This document shows, in pieces, positions 49,204-64,000 of a stretch of DNA of 64,000 nt. The notes under the pieces were generated by a model that was given only the letters and a program-made list of their open reading frames with translations, made no database searches and had not been told where the DNA came from. Positions within the stretch are counted from its first letter, which is position 1; every line of letters begins with the position of its first letter. A program made the translations under genes and the position numbers. This DNA is from Bugula neritina (taxonomy: Eukaryota > Animalia > Bryozoa): positions 4,183,751-4,247,750 of the forward strand of contig OZ037773.1 in the NCBI GenBank assembly GCA_964035545.1, read 5' to 3'.

Positions 49204-50271
49204 CTTTCTATATTATATTTATATATATGACTTCTATATTATATTTATACATATAATTTTTTTTATTTTTGTACGCCACTATATACCTAATGAAGTCTTA
49301 TATGCTTTTAATAATCAAACATTTGAATAGAAAGTATACTGTATTTTCTGTATAGAACCTGACATTCCCCATTAGTTCAAAGGGTAGGTTCAGTAAATTG
49401 GAAAAAGTTTTCTCCTAGATAAGAAATATTGTTCAAAGAAGAGCTTTATATACATTTTAGGAGTTTAAGCTTATACACTTAAAATTAGTGATGACAATTG
49501 AAGAACTTACACTATTGCCGATAGTCCACATTACTGAACTTAAATGTAGGTTCAATTGGCTTCTAAAGTGGTCCATTAGATGTTAATTTTATGTAAAGAT
49601 ACTTCAAAGACTTTGTATCATCATACTAATGAGTGTCATCTGAAATTACCATTTTCTACAAGACTACTAGAATTTTCTTGTGGAAACATCACTATAAACC
49701 TGACCTCCCTTGGGGTTTGTGCAATACCTAGTCCGTATGAGTATTCTAATGTTACAGCTGAATCCAGCCTCAATGCCAGTCTGCATTATTAATGCTTCCT
49801 GCGTTGGTTAATATTTTAATAGCAAATCTCAAGAGAAGCATATTTAACATCTCAGGTTGCACCAATCGGGAATTCTCTGTTCATGTATAAGTAGAACAAC
49901 AATTGTCATATCGATTTATTTTATTAAAGATGCATGATGCAGAATAATATAATCAGTAGGCATAGTTCATAATATAATAATATAATAATATAGTTCATAC
50001 TATATCTTATTTATGAACTTGAAGAATTTATTAAACATGTGGCTGTTGTCTTGATGAGGAATATAAATGGCATTCGGTGCTCATATGTTTTATTTAAATA
50101 AAAAACAGACTGCTTTGTTTTTGTTCGAATAAAAATCATAAATAATATATTTTCAAAAGTTATTTACTTTTTTCTCGACGAAAGAGCACATGTGTACTTA
50201 GAACAAAAAACAAAACATTGACTGATATTTTATAAGACAAAAATATTACTTTCAGGTTGCACCTAGTCATT

Positions 50272-50408
50272 AGAGTCTGTTAATCAATCTATAAGAGTCT
50301 GTTAATCAGTCTATAAGAGTCTGTTAATGAGTCTATAAGAGTCTGTTAATCAGTCTTTAAGAGTCTGTTAATCAGTCTATAAGAGTCTGTTAATCAGTCT
50401 ATAAGAGC
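50272..50408. repeat. 22-bp tandem repeat (~6 copies, taagagtctgttaatcagtcta) overlapping the peptide gene stop codon
   Basis: Directly visible; the unit includes CTCTTATAG on the - strand. Confidence 0.9.
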
Positions 50409-51448
50409 CGGGCAAAGTCTAGACAGCCATTCAAATCTTCAAGGCGTTCAGCTTCTGTCAGTGAAGAATCTTTTTCAGAGTTTATAAACTTCTCTCGGCA
50501 CATCTGAATAAACTGCAACAAATAAAAGTTTAACTTTGAAGTTATGCAATCTCTGTAACACCATATACTGCTGTTGCTATTACTACATAATATATGACAG
50601 TTCCAAATGTAGTTTTTGTAATGTTATACTATTCTTGTTTTACTCAATACACCAATATTAATTCTTTTGGCATTTTCACATCTATTCTGCAGCTGAAGGA
50701 AATCTTTTAAAAACTGAACTTTGGTATTTTAAAAAGTTCAAAGTTCAAACTTAATGCAATAATCATAACAAAACAAAAGCTTTTACTGATAAAACTTTTG
50801 GTCATAAAATATTAAAACTGTTGTTAGACTAAACTGAAAAGTTTGTTTAACTATTGCAGTTGTTTGAACAACATGGAGCTTCCAATCTGTATAATGACTA
50901 ATATCGCTTATAAATTTCAGACATAATATCAACAACTATCGTCAACAGTATGCATATTGATGCTATCAAATCCGTTAGCTTTAATAGTTCTCTGACTCGC
51001 TTAGTCAATTTTACTATTAGACAAAATATCCTTCTCAAATTAATATTAAATGTGTTGGCTCTGAAAATATATCAATTTTACTGGCATCTCAGCAAACTCT
51101 TGCATCTACTTCAAATCAAAATATATAAAATATTTACGAAATTTGATCAGCATAGGTCAACACGCTACGATTTCACTTTTCATTGCAAAAGTATTAATCC
51201 AAATACATTTTAACAGAGATTTTTATGCTATCAAACAAATAGTTTATATATCACCACAGTGGAAATTTTATACGGTATAGACAAGATACCTTATGCTGTG
51301 GAGAATTCATTTCTATGGGGTCTTCAGCCTCACCCCCATATCTCTTCTGTAGAAAACTTTTAAAACTCTGAGAAGGCAGACATTTTACAGTGTTACTCAG
51401 CAACGCTACAGCAATTAAGCAGAACAAAAGCTTAGCATATCTAGCCAT
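50399..51448 (-). CDS. 90-aa secreted prepropeptide (neuropeptide/hormone-like), family not recognised
   Basis: Exons 51290-51448 (53 codons, AAG|GTATCT) and 50399-50512 (TTGCAG| 38 codons): MARYAKLLFCLIAVALLSNTVKC-LPSQSFKSFLQ-KR-YGGEAEDPIEMNSPQHKFIQMCREKFINSEKDSSLTEAERLEDLNGCLDFARLL*. Confidence 0.72.
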
Positions 51449-52803
51449 TGCAGCCCTGTATAATAACTTGTACCAAACTAGTGTTCTATCATTCATTTTA
51501 CCATCGTTTATATATGTTCTATTGTAACAGCAATTAACTATTAATGTAAACCAGCAATAGTAAAATTCTATCAAATGATATTGGTATTTTATGGGTATGC
51601 CTGAGCAGCCTTTCGTAATCGCATCACCCAACATTCAAAAGAACTGCAAGACACGCCCATTGCGCTTGGGGATACGGACACACCCTTCAGGTCAATATAG
51701 TTCTGTCCATCAAATATTTCTTGGTAGAAAATAACCAAGTCCAGCAATAAATAGGGGAACTTTATACCAGAAGCTGGTTGCTGCAATTAATAAACATTAA
51801 ATGCATGCATCTTAAAATTGTTACAATTTCATATTATTGAAAATGAAACAGATGATATTGTAAAACCACACTGCAAGCATCTATTCTGTTCAAAGCCTGG
51901 CAATATAAATGAAAAAGAGCAAAATTTCCCGGGACAAACTAAATCCATTATTTTAGTGTGATTTCTATCTTCATCTTTTACTGAAGCAATAAATATATTC
52001 ACTTATAAGAAGAACTGCATATACAATTATCAATACTATAATAAATATATGTTGATATGCCAAACATGTTACTTGCAGTTTACTAGGCTGAGTAGCCAAA
52101 TTCATGATAACTATAGGAATATATTATCACTCTCCAAAGCATAGTAACTGCTCAGTGTGTATATTTGATGTTCAACTAGAAGCTATAACTACTAAAACTA
52201 TAGTTCAGAAATGCCACATAGACTATTCAAACTTTAGTCTAAAAATGCATTCAGCTCCTGTTTATTAACATGTTAATACATAATACTAAATATGTTGTAT
52301 AATATATTACATATGTTTATATAATATATTACTATGCAAAATATTATATACATATAATATTTTATAGTATATATAAATTATACAAGGTGATATACTTATT
52401 TGTGCAGTACACTACTATGCAATATTATGAAATGCTCTCAGCATTACTATAAGAGCTTTTTGCTAAAGTATTGGAAGTTATGCCCTAATTGTTGTTTATG
52501 GTAGATGCACGCTATACTATAGCCAAAGCATATGACTTATAAAATATAATGTTTGAAAATTAAAATATTACTTAGTTTTATTGGGCATATAATATTATGA
52601 ATTTTTAATATATTAAATTCCAGAGAATGCAGAAAAACACAAACATAAATATAATAAGTAAGTAATGTAATATTATATTATAAAAATAACAAACAGAACA
52701 AATTTTAGAATGGGTCGTAAAACTAACATGATATTTACAAGGTCAGATGTGATAGTTTGAAAGAAGCACATCTTTGATTCATAGAACAAACTACACCAAG
52801 TTT

Positions 52804-59858
<7,055 letters not shown>

Positions 59859-60366
59859 TGTTTGAATTGACTATAAAACATGTTATTGTACAAAATTACT
59901 GCATATAAACTGAGTGTCCATAGGTATGTTCCATTTGGTATTCATATATTTATATGTTATGTATCAGCAGTTGCAAAACTAATCTTCCAATAAAATCTTC
60001 TGTATAAATAAACACAGAATGAGCTGAAAAAATTTGTAACTGTCAATAGATAAAATTTTTTTGGTTCTGCCAGCATGCGAAGTAAATTAAAATAAATTAG
60101 TAATTAAACATTCTTACACAATTAAAATAATATCAAATTAAATATTCTTATATTTGTTTATTGCATTAAAATAGAATTAGGAATTTTTACTTTTGTGACT
60201 TTTATGATTTCATTTTGAGAGCACATATTTTTAGTGGTTTTCTCGAAATGTTCTTCGGTTACTTATGCTTGAAAAAATCTTAAAGTTAGCAACCAAAATT
60301 TCAACACATAGCTTAATTTTCAAGTGTAAACATTACACAAAAACTTTTCATAATTGATATCTGAAA

Positions 60367-60380
60367 CTTTCCATGGTAAC
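60367..60380. promoter_or_regulatory. Second X-box-like site
   Basis: CTTTCCATGGTAAC, one mismatch from GTTNCCATGGNAAC, ~500 bp upstream of the TCTE1 ATG. Confidence 0.55.
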
Positions 60381-61378
60381 AAAACAGTGCAACAACACCA
60401 TTAATAAGACAGGTTAGTTCAAAAGTGGTATATAATACATACGCAGTGAAAAATCAGAAGAAATGACTGTTTCTATTATTTTAATAAAGAAAATAGTTCA
60501 AATTACTTAATTTGTAATCAAAAGTCAACTAAATATAGCCTAATCTATTTTATTGAACATAAAATTAATTGTGAACATGGCAATATTTTTACAAAAAGAA
60601 AACTATTAATTTCTTATGATGACAGATAGTAGTAGACTTATCAGTATGATGTAGAGTATTGACCTAGTGTTAAAAAGCCTTTTGGTACTCAACTTAATTC
60701 TATGCATAATAAGAAAACTTAAATTTGACAAAACTAGTGATTTAATGTAACAATTGCATGCACTTTAGAATTTAGACAAAAATGCTTTATATGCAACTTT
60801 TATTTCTGCTGCATGCACGATGTTTTAGGTAAAAATTAGTAAATACTTTATCTTCTATAATTAATCTATTTTAATATTATAACATTGTACTATATGTATA
60901 ATGTAGGTGATGCGAGATACATAAGAAAGATTGAATCATATTGATATTGATTGTTTAGATTTCCTACACAAAAACATAATAAAGCTATAATTCAATTAGC
61001 AAGCAATAAAATAAACTTTTACAATTAACTTTTTAAAATATAGATGTTAGTATGTATATCATTATTGATTTGTTTACCACTATTAATATTGTGACGATCA
61101 TAAATATTATTATGATGTTGATTAATTATTATCAAATTTATTTCTACTTAATCTTATACTTAAAGTTAGAGTTGCCACCATCATGATAATAATGATTTCT
61201 TTACATTCACTTCAACATATTCAGTTAAAACTAATTTAAGTAATTTAAACTCCAAGGTTAATTTTTAAATCGTAAAAATAAGCAACTAGTGAAATTACCA
61301 GCCACAACACAACTTCAAACAAAAGCACATCAATTGTAAGAATCCGAAACTGAATTCAACCTGAACTATAGTATTGAA

Positions 61379-61392
61379 GTCACCATGACAAC
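61379..61392. promoter_or_regulatory. RFX X-box upstream of TCTE1
   Basis: GTCACCATGACAAC fits GTHNYYATRRNAAC; lies 5' of a motile-cilia gene. Confidence 0.65.
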
Positions 61393-64000
61393 GCGCAAGC
61401 GCATAAAACGTCCTTGACCAGAAGTTACAAACTACAGCTACAACTATCTCTCGTTTTAACCTATTCAAATGAAAAATTATCTTTTTTAAATGATATATTT
61501 TCGAGCCTAGACGTCAAAAATGAATGAAGAAATGACAACGGAAAACATTACCAAAAAATAATAATATATTGTTGGAACATAGGTTATCTGTCTTGCAGCT
61601 CACGGTACCGCCCATTTGCGACGTATACTAGTTTCCGGTACTTACTGCTACTAGAATTAGTTTCATGAGGCTGATTTGCTGCAAAGGATTTCACCTGTCA
61701 ACTGGGAACTATTAGTATTAGTGTTATCTATTCAGGTGTTTTCAAGTATTTCACTTCAATGCGCACTGAAGTTTATATATTTTGAACTTTTGTGATATCT
61801 GGATTGGCAAAGGTAATTGTTTTTCCTTGAAACTTCTAAGATTCGAATAAATTCAAATTCAAATTTAAATACAAATTGTTTAACTTAAAATTAAACTTTA
61901 ATTTTATAACACTTTGTCTTTGAGCTGGACTTTGACTTAGAATTGGAGTTAGTGATTAGTTTTTCAGAAACTATATCTATTGGTATTACTAATAGTGATA
62001 TTTTATCAACTATTTAGTATTAACTATAACTCTGGGTATAACTAAACTAAATTTAAAAATAATACTTGGTATTGATCTTATAATAAATAATATTATTTAA
62101 TTATATTGATAATATTAATACTATGACTATTACCTATTGGCTATTAGTCAGATCAAATCAGATTAATTATTCTTGATGAGCGCCTCTGGCTCTTAACAGG
62201 GGTATATTGCGCAAGAACTCTTCACTTTGAATTTAATATATTTTTTATATACCTACAATTTTAGCTTGAATTTCGTCTTTTTTTTCCTTTCCCTTCCTTC
62301 TCTTTATTCTCTAAACACTGCAACTTGTCGACATCATTTTTTATTACTACTACAGATTACTAGTAGTACTACTACTATTACTACTACTAGTGTTACTAGT
62401 ACTGAATCTTAAACTTAAAGACAAAGTGAATGTTTATCTGCCAGTGTCACTGTCAGTGTGCCAATAGGCTACTACTTAAAATACGACTATCACTTATAGT
62501 TATTTGTGATAAATATAGTAAGACCTAGTGGTAACTGCTATAAGTACAAATTTCACTGCAACTACAAATAGTAATACTACTAGTACTCTTATTATTAGTC
62601 ACTCTACACTCAGTCTTAAAATATGAGTAATGAGCAGAGTACTACTACTAGTATTATTTAGATTTACTTTAAGTATAGTAGTATTAGTACTATAAAATAT
62701 TAGATAGTCTTCAACTTCAAGTCATAGTAATGCTGATAGTAATGAGAGACACACATGATTTAGTGCTATTTCTAGATCTAGTATAAAAGATAGTAAATTG
62801 TCATTATCATATTTATAGGCTTAATTAGTAATACTTGTATTGACAGTCAACATTTAGCTACTGAGTATCAATGTTATCACCATGAGTATAATTATTGTTA
62901 CTATTAATATTAGGCCAACTATTTGCTTAGTGTAGAATTAGTGTTGTAACTCCAAGTTAAAGCAGGTAAACTGAATGTATCTTGTTACATGCTAAGGTTA
63001 ATATATATTCATACTTATGCCATTATTAACAATATTCATTCTTTTCAATAGTTGAATTTGATAACAAATAATAATATGCCATAAAAATGGTTAAATTTAG
63101 GTTAAATTTTCTTTTAGTAGGCTGCTAATTTTCATAATTTCAATTTGACTATTTCCTTGTGATTTATTTATGTTGTGGTTTTAAATAGTTCTGGACCATT
63201 AGTATATTTAATAAGTTAGATGAGAGGGTATTCTCACTGACTCAGTCAGAGTCACACTCATTCGGTCTGCACACTTTAGAAATCTGACGTTTAGTAGCCT
63301 ATAGCTTCAATGTAAATGTAGTATTCAAATGATAAGGCATACACCATGCAGGTAGGACGTGATTCAACATAAGCATCAATTGTTCACAAAAGTAGTTGGT
63401 TAATAATAAAATCTTGTTGTAAAGAAATTCCTGTGTCAAAGGAAGAAGGAAAATATTTTCAAAATGGTTTGCTAACCAGTACTAAATATTTTGTGATTTA
63501 AATGCAAAAATCTTACTGCAAAGAACAGTAGCAATTTTTTTCTTGTTTGCTAAAAGCATTGCTTCACACACCATTTCAGTTTTTTTCTCCAGTAAAGAAA
63601 ATGTTAGCTTTAGGCTTTCTTAAAACATTTAATTTCGTGATTATTCAAGTTCTACATTATGGGTAACATTGATTAGGGTTCTACTTGTGCTCTGTACTAA
63701 TTTTTATAAGTGTGAAGTATAGATAAGACCGTTTGGAATTGTTGATAAGACTGTATTTGCCTCCCCCAAGTTATTAGATTTTATTATGGCTTTTTGCTAT
63801 CCGCAGCTTGCTTTCGATTTAAGCGCTTTATTATATATGGTGGTCTCACTTTTTATTATAATGATAAACTTTATTAGCTTGATTTTCCATTTATATTATT
63901 TTTGCTTAAAGTTGATCGAAAAGCTTCACAAAATATTTAAAATATTAAAAAAAGCTTAAAGCAGTTGTAAAATAATCCTGTAAAGCTTTAGAAAATCATA

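Noticed and set aside
51449-51634. N-terminal extension of the 127-aa ORF
   Set aside because: Non-ATG start; an acceptor-like TACAG lies just upstream of the ATG at 51448, where the signal peptide begins.

Overview
AT-rich, intron-containing animal (invertebrate-like) genomic DNA; most short ORFs in the track are spurious, and genes were rebuilt by hand from GT/AG boundaries and phase. Left to right: (1) two convergent, inverted paralogues of a signal-peptide + 3 Ig-like domain + GPI-signal gene (A, + 3058-8450; B, - 12645-21221), surrounded by decayed Ig-exon relics and RTE LINE debris; (2) an intact CR1-type LINE (PHD ORF1, EN-RT ORF2) in intron 4 of B; (3) an LRAT/PLAAT-family gene with a C-terminal glycine-zipper (-), carrying a 2.15 kb 24-bp minisatellite; (4) a six-exon B3GALT6 gene (+) whose 10.6 kb last intron hosts three tandem antisense caspase-like genes, one with an intact His-Cys dyad and two predicted catalytically dead, all lacking the usual Asp-binding arginine(s); (5) an unrecognised 90-aa secreted prepropeptide gene (-); (6) TCTE1/DRC5 (-) with upstream RFX X-boxes. 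The most notable items are the nested caspase/pseudocaspase array, the Ig pair with divergence concentrated in domain 1, and the orphan peptide precursor. All alignments and counts are by eye; no database search was run.
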